Shown here piece by piece: positions 8,597-18,436 of a DNA stretch of 42,381 bases; within the stretch, counting starts at the first letter, position 1, and each line of letters begins with the position of its first letter. The notes beneath the pieces were generated by a model, which had not been told where the DNA came from, did no database searches, and saw only the letters and a program-made list of their open reading frames with translations. The stretch is from an uncultured Pseudomonadales bacterium (lineage in GTDB: Bacteria > Patescibacteriota > Microgenomatia > UBA1400 > UBA12028). Position numbers and translations under genes: made by a program. Location of the stretch: assembly GCA_964574065.1 (NCBI GenBank), contig CAZNKS010000003.1, positions 1-42,381 on the forward strand. Direction: 5' to 3'.

Positions 8597-9253
8597 TTAG
8601 TTTGTTTTTTCACCTTTGTGCACCCAGACCTTCACTCCAACGTATCCTGATCTGGTTTTTGCTGGTACATGTGCGTAGTCAATATCAGCACGAAGCGTCT
8701 GAGTTGGAACAGTTCCATTCACATACTTTTCGCGACGTCCAATTTCTGCACCGTTGATACGTCCAGAAAGAACGATTTTAATTCCTTTTGCACCAGCTGC
8801 CATTGCTTTCTCCATAGCTTGGGAGACGGCACGGCGCTGTGGCATACGTTTCACTAATTGTTCAGCAACTCTCTCTGCAACCAACTTTGCTGACAGGTCT
8901 GGTCGTTTTACTTCAACAATTTCATCGATCACAATCTTCATGGCATGTTTGTCATTTGGATTGATTTTGAGAAGTTTTGCAACTTCTTGTTTGAGTTGAT
9001 CCAAGTTACTTCCACCACGTCCAATCACAACACCAGGGCGGCTGACCAAGAATCGAAGTTTTAAAGCATTTACGGAACGCTCAATTTCGATTTTGACGAG
9101 TCCAGCATTAGACAATTTTTTACTCAAGAACTTTCGAATCTTGACGTCCTCAAGCAAATTTTTGCTGTAGTCATTTTTGGCGGTATACCAAAGGGAGTCC
9201 CAAGTATAGAGATTTCCCAAACGGTAGACATGTGGATTTACTTTTTGCCCCAT
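8597..9253 (-). CDS. rpsC: 30S ribosomal protein S3
   Basis: It starts MGQKVNP..YRLG and carries the KH domain motif GVVIGRGGSN. Confidence 0.96.
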   Translation of the reverse strand: MGQKVNPHVYRLGNLYTWDSLWYTAKNDYSKNLLEDVKIRKFLSKKLSNAGLVKIEIERSVNALKLRFLVSRPGVVIGRGGSNLDQLKQEVAKLLKINPNDKHAMKIVIDEIVEVKRPDLSAKLVAERVAEQLVKRMPQRRAVSQAMEKAMAAGAKGIKIVLSGRINGAEIGRREKYVNGTVPTQTLRADIDYAHVPAKTRSGYVGVKVWVHKGEKTN

Positions 9254-9256
9254 ATG

Positions 9257-9757
9257 TTATTCTGTTTTCTTTGTTGATACTTTTGCTTCAGCTGTTTTCT
9301 TCACTGTTGGTTTCTTGGTAACGGCTTTTTTTTCTGCCTTTTTCTCTTTCACTTTCGTTTCGGTTTTGACAGCTTCTGCCTTGACTTCTGGCTGTTCTTT
9401 CTTTGTTTCTGGTTTCTTAGCTTCTTCACTAGTCACTAAGGTTACACGAATGTGACTGGTGCGCTTTAAGATTGCATGTCCTTGTCCACGACTGACAGCT
9501 CGAAATCTCTTATAGTGAGGACCACGCAGAACTAAAAGTTCTTTGACAGTCAATTGTTCCTCATTAATTCCAAAGTTGTGTTGCGCGTTGGCAACTGCTT
9601 GATTCACAGTTTCCAAAATACGCTTGGCAGCTTCTCGGTTCATCATACGAAGTTGCATACGGAGCTTTGGAACTGGTAGTCCTCTGACTGCACGTGCGAC
9701 GTCGCGTAATTTCTGCTGTCCGCAGCGTATGTATGATTGTGATGCCGTAATTTCCAT
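9257..9757 (-). CDS. rplV: 50S ribosomal protein L22 with a Lys-rich C-terminal tail
   Basis: The L22 core is present (RKLRDVARAVRG...RGQGHAILKRTSHI). It is followed by a tail of roughly 55 aa rich in K, E, T and A. Confidence 0.94.
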   Translation of the reverse strand: MEITASQSYIRCGQQKLRDVARAVRGLPVPKLRMQLRMMNREAAKRILETVNQAVANAQHNFGINEEQLTVKELLVLRGPHYKRFRAVSRGQGHAILKRTSHIRVTLVTSEEAKKPETKKEQPEVKAEAVKTETKVKEKKAEKKAVTKKPTVKKTAEAKVSTKKTE

Positions 9758-9773
9758 AGTATGTATCGTACCT

Positions 9774-10055
9774 TTATGTCTTGGTTAACACACGTTTCAC
9801 CATCTTGCCGTGTCCATGGAAGGTTCGAGTTGGAGAGAATTCTCCCAATCGATGTCCTACCATAGCTTCGTTGACAAAGACTTCAATAAACTTCTTACCG
9901 TTATGAACCATAAACGTATGTCCCACAAATTCTGGTGGGATCTGACAAGAACGTGACCAAGTTTTAATTGGATCTTTCTTGCCTGCTTTTTGCTTCATGA
10001 CTTTGGCTACAAGCCGTTCGTCAATGTATGGTCCTTTTTTGATTGAACGTGCCAT
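9774..10055 (-). CDS. rpsS: 30S ribosomal protein S19
   Basis: It starts [12 protein letters not shown] and contains VHNGKKF..V......[11 protein letters not shown]. Confidence 0.96.
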   Translation of the reverse strand: MARSIKKGPYIDERLVAKVMKQKAGKKDPIKTWSRSCQIPPEFVGHTFMVHNGKKFIEVFVNEAMVGHRLGEFSPTRTFHGHGKMVKRVLTKT

Positions 10056-10061
10056 AAATTT

Positions 10062-10898
10062 TTATTTCACTCTGCGATCTCTGACGATCATCTTCTTACT
10101 ATATTTCTTTCGATCACGTGTTTTCTTTCCTAATGCGTGCTTACCCCATGGAGTCTTTGGATATTTCAAACCAACTCCACTGCGTCCTTCTCCTCCTCCA
10201 TGTGGATGAGAAGCTGGATGCTGTGCGGTACCACGAACTGCTGGTCTCCATCCCATATAACGACGACGACCTGCTTTTCCAAGACTAACAGTCTTCCACT
10301 CAACGTTTCCGACTTGTCCGATTGTGGCCATGCAAGCTGCATGAATCAAACGGATTTCTTTACTTGGAAGAAGAACTGTTACCATGTCTCCTTCTTTGCT
10401 TTGAATCATTGCACTACTTCCCGCACTGCGGATAAGCTGAGCACCTTTTCCTGCTCGCAATTCAATGTTATGAATTGGGGTTCCAACTGGAATACGCGAC
10501 AGAGGCATCGTGTTTCCAACTGCAATATCGGCTTCTGGACCAGAAACAATGGTCTGACCAATTTCTAATCCATCTGGTGCCAAAATATATCGCTTTTCCC
10601 CATCAGCATAGGTAAGTAAGGCAATACGAGCAGTTCGCATTGGATCATACTCAATTGCAACAACCTTTGCTGGGATACCCAATTTTTCTCGTTTAAAGTC
10701 AATACTACGAAGTTTTCGTTTGTTTCCACCACCGCGATGACGAACGGTAATTATACCATCGTTATTGCGTCCTTGCCTCTTGTAGGTACCCTTAAACAAG
10801 AGTGATTTTTCTGGTCGCTTTTTCGAAAGGTTTCCTTTGGAAACATCTTTACGATGTCGGCGTCCTGGTGTGGTGGCTTTGTGTACTTTTAATGCCAT
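10062..10898 (-). CDS. rplB: 50S ribosomal protein L2
   Basis: It contains the motifs GRNN.G.IT.RHRGGG and HPHGGGEGR. Confidence 0.97.
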   Translation of the reverse strand: MALKVHKATTPGRRHRKDVSKGNLSKKRPEKSLLFKGTYKRQGRNNDGIITVRHRGGGNKRKLRSIDFKREKLGIPAKVVAIEYDPMRTARIALLTYADGEKRYILAPDGLEIGQTIVSGPEADIAVGNTMPLSRIPVGTPIHNIELRAGKGAQLIRSAGSSAMIQSKEGDMVTVLLPSKEIRLIHAACMATIGQVGNVEWKTVSLGKAGRRRYMGWRPAVRGTAQHPASHPHGGGEGRSGVGLKYPKTPWGKHALGKKTRDRKKYSKKMIVRDRRVK

Positions 10899-10903
10899 AC
10901 GTT

Positions 10904-11197
10904 TTAACTTTGTATTTCAAAAACTTCAATTGTTTGATTTTGCGGAATTCGAACCATTGCTTTCTTCACGGCCTGTGTAGTACTGATCATGCGCTTTCGG
11001 CCAGTTCGACGGGTACTTCCTGGTAATTTGGAAGTTTGAACTGAAAGAACTTTGACATTGAATGTCTGTTCTACTGCCTCTTTAATCTGTCCTTTCGTTG
11101 CCGTTCCCACAACTTCAAACGTATAGACGTGTTGTTGCTGTTGCAACTTGTAGGTTTTTTCTGTCACTCGTGGTGTTTTTAAGATGAACGGATTCAT
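10904..11197 (-). CDS. rplW: 50S ribosomal protein L23
   Basis: It is a 97-aa protein ([11 protein letters not shown]...FEV...A.K.QIKEAVE..F.VKV) between rplD and rplB. Confidence 0.93.
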   Translation of the reverse strand: MNPFILKTPRVTEKTYKLQQQQHVYTFEVVGTATKGQIKEAVEQTFNVKVLSVQTSKLPGSTRRTGRKRMISTTQAVKKAMVRIPQNQTIEVFEIQS

Positions 11198-11200
11198 ACA

Positions 11201-11905
11201 TTACTCTGCTTTAGTCTTTCGTGTAGATTTCTTAGGAGCAGCTTTTTTGGCTGCCTTCACTGGCTTGTCTTCTTGATTTTGTGCAGTCGCAAAACGAGCA
11301 AGTAAACTCTCGACTGCCTCGGGTGTTAAAAGCACAGTATGTGCTCTTGCAACATAGTAAGTTGTGAGCGCATCTGCGGGACAAAGCAACACATTTTTTA
11401 AGTTTGCAACTCCACGAGTTAAGAGCTCATTCTTTGTACCCGTAATGAGCAATACAGCTTTATTAACAATTTGCATGTTGGTCAAAAGAGTGACGATGTC
11501 TTTGGTTTTCCCAGTTGTTTTGTCTAACCCATCAACGATGATCACTCGACCTTGGGCAGCCTGCATAGAAAGTGCGGTTTCCAAAGCTCGACGTCGCATG
11601 GTTTTACTGATCGAAAGTTTCCAATTTGTGTTCCCGGAAGGTCCGTGTGTCACACCACCACCAACAAAAATAGGGGCTGACTGAGCTCCATGACGAGCGC
11701 GACCAGTTCCTTTTTGTTTGAACCATTTGGCTTTAGTCATGTCGACTTCACCACGAGTCTTTGTTTTGGCCGTTCCAGATCGCTGGTTTGCCAAATAGAC
11801 ACGTACTGCTTGGGCGACGATTGATGGATGAGCTGCATTATCAAACAATGAAATGTCTGTGTCTGCAGTTTTCTTTCCGGTACTCGTATAGGTTGCCAAT
11901 TTCAT
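11201..11905 (-). CDS. rplD: 50S ribosomal protein L4 with a basic tail
   Basis: It contains KQKGTGRARHG...PIFVGGGVTHGP. Confidence 0.95.
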   Translation of the reverse strand: MKLATYTSTGKKTADTDISLFDNAAHPSIVAQAVRVYLANQRSGTAKTKTRGEVDMTKAKWFKQKGTGRARHGAQSAPIFVGGGVTHGPSGNTNWKLSISKTMRRRALETALSMQAAQGRVIIVDGLDKTTGKTKDIVTLLTNMQIVNKAVLLITGTKNELLTRGVANLKNVLLCPADALTTYYVARAHTVLLTPEAVESLLARFATAQNQEDKPVKAAKKAAPKKSTRKTKAE

Positions 11906-11911
11906 ATGGTG

Positions 11912-12661
11912 TTATTCTGCTTTTTCGTTAGATACAACTTCTGGTTCTACTGCGGTTGCTTCTGTTTCAACAGGAGTTTGAACTTGCGGTTCCGCAACAG
12001 CTTGAACTGGTTCGTTTACTAAACCTTCAAATTCTCTGCTTTCAACTTTGGTAATCAAGACGGTTCCATTCATAGCGCCTGGAACTAATCCTTTTACCCA
12101 AACTTCTCCAGTTGCCTGATTAATTGCAACAACCTGGAGTCCTTCAACAGTTACTTGTTCATTGCCTGCTCGTCCGGCCATGCGCTTGTTTTTGTAGACG
12201 CGACCAGGAGTTGTTCCTGCACCAATTGATCCAGGAGCTCGTTCTCTGTCTGCTTGACCGTGGGTGCGTGGTCCACCGGCAAATCCATGGCGCTTGACGA
12301 CACCTGCAAATCCCATACCTTTACTGGTTCCGGTGACTTTCACAATATCACCAACGGAAAGAACTAAGGTCGGGTCAAGTTTGGCTCCAGCTGCAAGGTT
12401 CACATCATCACCATCCACACAAATTTCACGCATAGTTGTAAAACCTACTGAAAAACCAGCCTTCTCAAGCTGGTTTCGTTGTGGTTTATTGACGTTTTTG
12501 AGTTTCTTTTGTGCTACCCCCACAAGAATACGTCCTGCTTGGGTAGCTTTACCGATAACCATACAATCGTTGGCACGAAGAACGGTTACAGGAATACGAA
12601 CTCCGGATTTTGTCCAGGTTTGGGTCATGTGTCGTTTAGTGGCTAAGATCTGGTTAATCAT
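11912..12661 (-). CDS. rplC: 50S ribosomal protein L3 with an acidic C-terminal tail
   Basis: It contains ...KGMGFAGVVKRHGF.GGP.THG and is followed by a tail rich in E, P, V and Q. Confidence 0.95.
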   Translation of the reverse strand: MINQILATKRHMTQTWTKSGVRIPVTVLRANDCMVIGKATQAGRILVGVAQKKLKNVNKPQRNQLEKAGFSVGFTTMREICVDGDDVNLAAGAKLDPTLVLSVGDIVKVTGTSKGMGFAGVVKRHGFAGGPRTHGQADRERAPGSIGAGTTPGRVYKNKRMAGRAGNEQVTVEGLQVVAINQATGEVWVKGLVPGAMNGTVLITKVESREFEGLVNEPVQAVAEPQVQTPVETEATAVEPEVVSNEKAE

Positions 12662-12686
12662 AAAAAAACCCGCTACAGGCGCGGGG
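12662..12686 (-). promoter_or_regulatory. GC hairpin plus U7 directly abutting the rplC start codon
   Basis: The minus RNA reads CCCGC-GCCUGUA-GCGGG-UUUUUUU-AUG(rplC). There is no separate Shine-Dalgarno sequence between the hairpin and the AUG. Confidence 0.4.
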
Positions 12687-12725
12687 AAATTTTCCGTTTC
12701 CTGTGTATCAACTTCCCGTTATGGG

Positions 12726-12748
12726 ATGATATACATCAAAGATATCAT
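12726..12748 (-). promoter_or_regulatory. Second hairpin in the rpsJ-rplC spacer
   Basis: This is the inverted repeat ATGATAT-(9 nt)-ATATCAT. It lies 13 nt downstream of the rpsJ stop. Confidence 0.3.
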
Positions 12749-12760
12749 TGTTGTATTATA

Positions 12761-13090
12761 TTACATTTTAATCTGGATTCCTACACCTGCAGGAAGTTCC
12801 AGATGCATTAGAGCATCAATTGTTTTACTGGTTGGTTCTTCAATATCAATCATTCGTTTGTGGGTACGCACCTCAAAGTGTTCTTGAGCGTTTTTATCTG
12901 TGTGTGGAGATGTCAAAACGGTAAACACTTTCTTGTGGGTTGGAAGTGGAACTGGGCCCACAACTTTGGCTCCCGTTGCAACTGCGGTTTCTAAAATCTT
13001 TCGAGCTGCGGCGTCAACGACGCGGTGGTCAAAAGACTTGAGTCTTACACGAATACGTGGTTTGCCGGATGTAGATTGCTTTGGTGCCAT
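12761..13090 (-). CDS. rpsJ: 30S ribosomal protein S10
   Basis: It contains [14 protein letters not shown]...GPVPLPT...FTVL.SPH.DK...E.FE.RTHKR.IDI. Confidence 0.96.
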   Translation of the reverse strand: MAPKQSTSGKPRIRVRLKSFDHRVVDAAARKILETAVATGAKVVGPVPLPTHKKVFTVLTSPHTDKNAQEHFEVRTHKRMIDIEEPTSKTIDALMHLELPAGVGIQIKM

Positions 13091-13134
13091 ACGGATGTGT
13101 TACAAACTTCTTACTGTCAAAGAGCAAGAAGGGT

Positions 13135-13163
13135 AGTATATCAAGACTTCTATCTGGTGACAA
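13135..13163 (-). promoter_or_regulatory. Sigma70-like promoter with extended -10 for the S10 cluster
   Basis: The minus strand has TTGTCA (13163-13158), a 17-nt spacer, and TGATATACT (13143-13135). It lies about 45 nt upstream of the rpsJ ATG. Confidence 0.5.
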
Positions 13164-13202
13164 GAGGTAGGACTAGAGTCCTCTTTTAGGACTCAAATAT
13201 TC

Positions 13203-14588
13203 TTATTGCACCTGTATAGCAGCATTTTCTATGACTTTTCTCATCTCTGGAAATGTGAATCCTGCATAAAGATCAGAACGGAAACTTCGAGCTCCTATGC
13301 TTCCACTTTGGGTCGTCTGGGCAAGAACGATCTGATCATTTAAAAAGGTAAAACCTGTCCATGAGAGTTGCTCTACCCTCTCTCGGCTGGTAAGGGGGGT
13401 CATTTTGCCTGAATCCACATCAAACCCAGCAACGGTCTCAATCCCAGGCTTCTTCACATCAATACTCTCAAAGGGAGCCGTCGTTTTACTCAGAAGGTAC
13501 AGCGTATTTCCCTTAAAGGAGGTATCATAAATCATTCCATCCAGCCTGGTAGACCGTTTCTCTTCCAGAGACGGAAAACTGACCACTCTGACTGTAGAAA
13601 CTGACTGCCCTTCTTGGGTATCTTCCCAGGTATTCTTTGTGGTGACCAAATCACCCGTACGAGTCCACGCTTCTACTGAATCTCCACCTCCATTTCCAGC
13701 CTGAAACGGAAGTTCTTTGATTTCTTTTGTCTCGAGGTTAACCACAATTGTATCAGCCCCTTCATAGTATCCTCTGTTCAAGAGGGCATGCTTTCCATCA
13801 AAAGAAAAAATTGGCCGTCGGTATGCATAGACAATACCTCTGTTGTTTTGCTGTGACGGTTCGATGGGACGAGAAAAGATTTGCTCAAGCTTTTGACTAG
13901 CAACTGTGTATGTCCAAAAGGAGTCTGAGGAGGTTATTCCAAGTATCTTCCCGTCAGGAGAAAACCCTACGCTTCGAAGCTCAACTACGTAATCAGCACT
14001 CGCTGTCGCTTTCACAACATCTAATCGCACTATTTCCTGAGGTGACGAAACACTGTTCCCGTTCAATGAGCGTAGATTCACAACGGCTGGCTCAATCCAA
14101 CTGTATCCATTCTCATTCCTCATTTTCTTCCCTTCCAGGGTTGCCAATAGTTTGTTGACTGGAGAATATGCAAAGCCAGCGATTCCATCGTGGGAAATTT
14201 GAATTTTTGCTTCGTTTCCGTTCGTTCTCCTGATCCACACTTGGTTATCTCGGAAAAAAACGATGTCTTCTTTCAATGCAAATGGGGCAGCACTCGGACT
14301 TGCCGAATTTTGGACTGCAAACGGAGAGGATGAAGGCTCAACTGTTGATGGAGTCGGACTTGGCGATGATTGTGGTTTCCTTTGCAATGAGGTAAGAAGC
14401 GAAGAAATGTTCACAGAAGGAACTGTGAAGCGTGCTCCTGTAGCAACAAAAATGAAGAGTCCTATCGTAAAAAATGCTGTCAAAAAGGAGACAAGATAAA
14501 TGTGTGACAGAAGAAAACTCTTTTTTTCTTCTGTACCTGTACTTTCAGCTTGGTGATCGGTTTGTTGAGGTGATGTTTGTTCTTCCAT
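13203..14588 (-). CDS. Hypothetical membrane-anchored protein with a TolB/PD40-like beta-propeller ectodomain
   Basis: After an acidic N-terminus it has one TM helix (LLSHIYLVSFLTAFFTIGLFIFVATG). A Ser/Pro-rich linker follows. Then come repeated PD40-like strands (YSPVNKLLA, GFSPDGKILGI, FSFDGKHALL). The family assignment is by eye only. Confidence 0.6.
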   Translation of the reverse strand: MEEQTSPQQTDHQAESTGTEEKKSFLLSHIYLVSFLTAFFTIGLFIFVATGARFTVPSVNISSLLTSLQRKPQSSPSPTPSTVEPSSSPFAVQNSASPSAAPFALKEDIVFFRDNQVWIRRTNGNEAKIQISHDGIAGFAYSPVNKLLATLEGKKMRNENGYSWIEPAVVNLRSLNGNSVSSPQEIVRLDVVKATASADYVVELRSVGFSPDGKILGITSSDSFWTYTVASQKLEQIFSRPIEPSQQNNRGIVYAYRRPIFSFDGKHALLNRGYYEGADTIVVNLETKEIKELPFQAGNGGGDSVEAWTRTGDLVTTKNTWEDTQEGQSVSTVRVVSFPSLEEKRSTRLDGMIYDTSFKGNTLYLLSKTTAPFESIDVKKPGIETVAGFDVDSGKMTPLTSRERVEQLSWTGFTFLNDQIVLAQTTQSGSIGARSFRSDLYAGFTFPEMRKVIENAAIQVQ

Positions 14589-14629
14589 AGGTTTCTTTCA
14601 TTATACGCTCAAGAGCACTTTCAAGAAAC

Positions 14630-14660
14630 AAAACCAAAAACCCCCGCGATTTTGCGGGGG
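14630..14660 (-). terminator. Rho-independent terminator downstream of tuf
   Basis: The minus RNA reads CCCCCGC-AAAAUC-GCGGGGG followed by UUUUUGGUUUUG. It begins 26 nt after the tuf stop. A TATAAT at 14605-14600 follows it, ahead of the 461-aa gene. Confidence 0.8.
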
Positions 14661-14686
14661 TTTCTATTTCCTGTTTTGATACCAAT

Positions 14687-15865
14687 TTACTTAATAATTT
14701 TGGTAACAGCACCTGCTCCGACGGTGTGACCACCTTCACGGATAGCGAAGCGCAAACCTTCTTCAATAGCAATTGGGTTGATGAGTTTAACAGTCATCTT
14801 TGCGTTATCGCCAGGCATGACCATTTCAACACCTTCTGGAAGGACAATTTCACCAGTAACGTCAGTTGTTCCAATGTAGAACTGAGGTCGGTATCCCTTG
14901 AAGAATGGAGTGTGACGTCCACCTTCTTCTTTGGTGAGAATATACACTTCTGCTTCGAATTCGGTGTGTGGTTTCACACTACCGGTCTTGGAAAGAACCA
15001 TACCTCTTTCGATATCGTCTTTTTCAATACCACGAAGCAAGATACCAACGTTGTCGCCAGCTTGACCTTGATCGAGCTGTTTACGGAACATTTCGACTCC
15101 GGTTACAACTGATTGACGGGTTTCTTTAATACCAACGATTTCGATTGTGTCGTTGATTTTGACAACACCACGACCAATACGTCCGGTAACGACAGTTCCA
15201 CGTCCCTTAATTGAGAAGACGTCTTCAACTGGCATAAGAAACGGTTTGTCGAGCTCGCGAACTGGATCTGGGACCCATTCGTCAACTGCATCCATGAGTT
15301 TGAGTACTGCTTCTTCGTATTGAGCATCGCCTTCCAAAGCCTTAAGACCAGAAACGCGAATAACTGGAGTGTTGTCACCATCAAATCCATATTTGGAGAG
15401 AAGGTCACGAACGTCCATCTCAACGAGATCGAGCAATTCTGCATCGTCGACCATGTCTACTTTGTTAAGAGCCACTACGATACGAGGAACGTTGACTTGT
15501 TTTGCCAAGAGAATGTGTTCACGAGTCTGAGGCATTGGTCCATCAGTTGCTGCAACCACGAGAATTGCACCGTCCATTTGAGCTGCACCAGTGATCATGT
15601 TCTTGATGTAGTCAGCGTGACCTGGAGCATCAATGTGTGCATAGTGTCGCTTGGCGGTTTCGTATTCCTGGTGAGAAATGTTGATCGTGATTCCACGAGC
15701 TTTTTCTTCTGGAGCGTTGTCGATTTGGTCGTAGTTCTTGGCTTCTGCAAGACCTTTCTTGGCCAAAACGTGTGTAATAGCTGCCGTCAATGTCGTCTTA
15801 CCGTGGTCAACGTGACCGATGGTACCAATATTGACGTGTGGTTTGTTGCGTTGGAATGTCGCCAT
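14687..15865 (-). CDS. tuf: Elongation factor Tu
   Basis: It has the motifs [15 protein letters not shown] and NKVD and is of full length (392 aa). Confidence 0.98.
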   Translation of the reverse strand: MATFQRNKPHVNIGTIGHVDHGKTTLTAAITHVLAKKGLAEAKNYDQIDNAPEEKARGITINISHQEYETAKRHYAHIDAPGHADYIKNMITGAAQMDGAILVVAATDGPMPQTREHILLAKQVNVPRIVVALNKVDMVDDAELLDLVEMDVRDLLSKYGFDGDNTPVIRVSGLKALEGDAQYEEAVLKLMDAVDEWVPDPVRELDKPFLMPVEDVFSIKGRGTVVTGRIGRGVVKINDTIEIVGIKETRQSVVTGVEMFRKQLDQGQAGDNVGILLRGIEKDDIERGMVLSKTGSVKPHTEFEAEVYILTKEEGGRHTPFFKGYRPQFYIGTTDVTGEIVLPEGVEMVMPGDNAKMTVKLINPIAIEEGLRFAIREGGHTVGAGAVTKIIK

Positions 15866-15965
15866 AATTGATATTCCTTTTTATTAATACTATGTATTAC
15901 TTTTTTAATACGAATAGTGAGTATACATCATTCTTCGCCTTGAGGGAAGAGATGAATATATCATC

Positions 15966-16205
15966 TTATGATCTCAAATAGCTCAAGCCTCTTAATGTCT
16001 CTACAGCATTTTGAACGGCTGAAATTTCAACAGTATTATTAGGATTGTAAGATAACCCAACCAAGCTTCCTCGGATTGCGTTTAACTCATCCTTCCTTCC
16101 TGTCTTGCCTAATTCAGCTCTAGTCAATGCTCTCATCAAATCTTCATAAGAAATTCCGACTTCTTCAGCAAATTGAGAGGCAGTGATTTTTCTACTAATT
16201 TCCAT
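15966..16205 (-). CDS. Small hypothetical protein (79 aa) between fusA and tuf, possibly HTH-like
   Basis: The ATG at 16203-16205 lies 1 nt after the fusA stop codon (TAA-T-ATG), which suggests translational coupling. The protein starts MEISRKITASQFAEEVGISYEDLMRALTRAELGK.... The track ORF starts earlier, inside fusA. I recognise no family. Confidence 0.5.
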   Translation of the reverse strand: MEISRKITASQFAEEVGISYEDLMRALTRAELGKTGRKDELNAIRGSLVGLSYNPNNTVEISAVQNAVETLRGLSYLRS

Positions 16206-16206
16206 A

Positions 16207-18357
16207 TTATGCTGCTTTTGCTTGCGGCTTGTTCTTCTCAATGATTTTGGCTGAGATGTTCTGTGGTACTTCTTCGTAGTGACTTGGGATCATGACTGAA
16301 CTTGCACGACCCTGAGTCATGGAACGAAGGGTTGTCACGTATCCTTGCATTTCCGCAAGTGGGACAAGAGCGCGAACGATGACAGCGGTTCCACGTTGAT
16401 CGGATCCTTGAATCTGAGCACGCTTACTGGACAGGTCCCCAATCACGTCACCCATAAATTCGGATGGGGTGGTAACTTCCACTTGCATGACAGGTTCGAG
16501 CAATACAAGATCAGCTTGTTTGACTGCAGTCTGCAAAGCCATAGATCCTGCGATCTTGAATGACATTTCTGACGAGTCAACTTCGTGGTAACTTCCATCA
16601 AAACACGTTACCTTCACGTCAACTATTTGATAGCCTGCCAAAACACCATTTTCTAATGCTTCTTTGACACCTTTCTCAACTGCAGGGACAAATTCACGTG
16701 GGATGACACCACCAACGATAGCGTTCACGAATTCATTTCCAGTTCCACGATCCTTGGGTTCTACTTTCAACCAGCAGTGACCGTACTGACCACGTCCACC
16801 TGACTGACGGATATATTTCCCTTCACCCTCTGCAAGTTTCTTAATCGTTTCACGATATGCAACCTGTGGAGCACCGACGTTCGCTTCGACGTGGAACTCA
16901 CGCTTCATGCGGTCAACAAGAATTTCCAAGTGAAGCTCTCCCATCCCCGCAATTGTGGTTTGCCCGGTTTCTTCATTATGTGCGACTTTAAAGGTTGGGT
17001 CTTCTTCGAGCAATTTTCCAAGAGCCAATCCCATTTTTTCTTGGTCATTTTTGGTCTTTGGTTCGATTGCCATGGAGATAACTGGATCTGCAAATGAGAT
17101 ACCTTCCAAACGAATTGGATGGTTTTCATCACAAAGCGTGTCTCCAGTCTTGGTATATTTGAGACCAACGACTGCCACAATTTCTCCAGCAAGGGCTTCA
17201 TTGATTTCTTCTCGTTGGTTTGCATGCATGAGGAGAAGTCGGCCAACACGTTCTTTTTCTCCCTTGGTTGAGTTATATGTATAACTTCCTGAGGAGAGTT
17301 TGCCTGAATACACGCGAAGGTACGTAATACGTCCGACGTGTGGGTCGGTTTGAATCTTGAAGGCCAATCCACAGAATGGCTCTTCTGGTACTAAGCGTCT
17401 GCTCTCTTGCGCATCAGTATTTGGGTTGGTACCGGTAATATGATCGATATCCATTGGAGATGGTAAGTATTCAACAATTGCATCAAGCAATGGTTGCACA
17501 CCTTTGTTACGAAGACTTGAACCACAAAAGATTGGAACCAGTTTGTAACCGATAACTGCTTTACGCAAACAAATCTTGAGATCATTGACTGGGATATCTT
17601 CACCAGCAAAGTATCGTTCAAGCATGGCATCATCAGTTTCTGCAATCTGCTCGATGAGTTTGGCTCGATATTCTTCGACTTGCTCCTTCATCTCTTCAGG
17701 AATTTCGTCAGAAACGGTATATTTTGCACCAGTTTCATCACCTTCCCAAATTAATGCTTTTCGATCCAAGACAAGGACGACACCGCCAAAGAGATTCTCA
17801 GCTCCAATTGGAAGTGCCATGACAGCTGGTGTTACTCCAAATTTGGTACGGATATCTTCAACGGTACGCAAGAAATCAGCTCCCAACTTATCCATTTTGT
17901 TGACAAAACAGATACGAGGAACATTGTACTTGTCAGCTTGTCGCCATACAGTTTCTGACTGACTCTGTACACCCTCTTCTCCATCCAAAACTGTAATACC
18001 ACCATCCAAGACGCGAAGTGATCGCTCAACTTCAGCGGTAAAGTCCACGTGGCCCGGTGTATCGATCAAGTTGATACGGTACGGTTCATGGGGGGCAGCT
18101 GTATCAAGTACTGGTGTCCAAAATGTTGTGGTTGCAGCAGAGACAATGGTAATTCCACGTTCTTTCTCCTGCTCCATCCAGTCCATTTGGGTATCACCAT
18201 CATCGATATCTCCAATTTTGTAGGACTTACCTGTATAGAACAGGATACGTTCGGATGTTGTGGTCTTACCGGCATCGATGTGCGCAATAATTCCGATGTT
18301 ACGGATTCTATCGAGTGGAAGATCTCGTTTGTTGGTTTTAACGGGTTGTTGAGCCAT
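16207..18357 (-). CDS. fusA: Elongation factor G
   Basis: It has the motifs [17 protein letters not shown] and NKMD and is 716 aa long. Confidence 0.98.
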   Translation of the reverse strand: MAQQPVKTNKRDLPLDRIRNIGIIAHIDAGKTTTSERILFYTGKSYKIGDIDDGDTQMDWMEQEKERGITIVSAATTTFWTPVLDTAAPHEPYRINLIDTPGHVDFTAEVERSLRVLDGGITVLDGEEGVQSQSETVWRQADKYNVPRICFVNKMDKLGADFLRTVEDIRTKFGVTPAVMALPIGAENLFGGVVLVLDRKALIWEGDETGAKYTVSDEIPEEMKEQVEEYRAKLIEQIAETDDAMLERYFAGEDIPVNDLKICLRKAVIGYKLVPIFCGSSLRNKGVQPLLDAIVEYLPSPMDIDHITGTNPNTDAQESRRLVPEEPFCGLAFKIQTDPHVGRITYLRVYSGKLSSGSYTYNSTKGEKERVGRLLLMHANQREEINEALAGEIVAVVGLKYTKTGDTLCDENHPIRLEGISFADPVISMAIEPKTKNDQEKMGLALGKLLEEDPTFKVAHNEETGQTTIAGMGELHLEILVDRMKREFHVEANVGAPQVAYRETIKKLAEGEGKYIRQSGGRGQYGHCWLKVEPKDRGTGNEFVNAIVGGVIPREFVPAVEKGVKEALENGVLAGYQIVDVKVTCFDGSYHEVDSSEMSFKIAGSMALQTAVKQADLVLLEPVMQVEVTTPSEFMGDVIGDLSSKRAQIQGSDQRGTAVIVRALVPLAEMQGYVTTLRSMTQGRASSVMIPSHYEEVPQNISAKIIEKNKPQAKAA

Positions 18358-18374
18358 ATATATAAAATTTATCT

Positions 18375-18425
18375 GCAGTTTGATACATAATCCGCGTTTG
18401 CCGCAAACTGCTCAAGCTGCAAACG
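18375..18425 (-). promoter_or_regulatory. Mutually exclusive helices in the rpsG-fusA spacer
   Basis: Helix 18375-18382/18404-18411 (8 bp) competes with helix 18395-18401/18419-18425 (7 bp). Both are built from repeated GCAAAC/GUUUGC motifs. Confidence 0.3.
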
Positions 18426-18436
18426 GTAATTCCATT

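Noticed and set aside
13176-13194. A hairpin (GAGUCCU-AAAAG-AGGACUC) after the 461-aa gene could be a terminator.
   Set aside because: No U-tract follows it on the transcribed strand, and an alternative pairing with the adjacent AGUCCU exists. This is too weak to call a terminator.
14545-14772. A 75-aa minus-strand ORF overlaps the tuf 3-prime end and the tuf terminator.
   Set aside because: It overlaps the end of tuf out of frame and spans a canonical terminator. It has no support as a gene.
14726-18390. Overlapping antisense or alternative-frame ORFs lie inside tuf and fusA, for example 14726-15112, 15320-15871, 16905-17372, 17576-17962 and 18049-18390.
   Set aside because: The reasoning is the same: they are embedded in highly conserved EF-Tu and EF-G coding sequence and show no independent signals.
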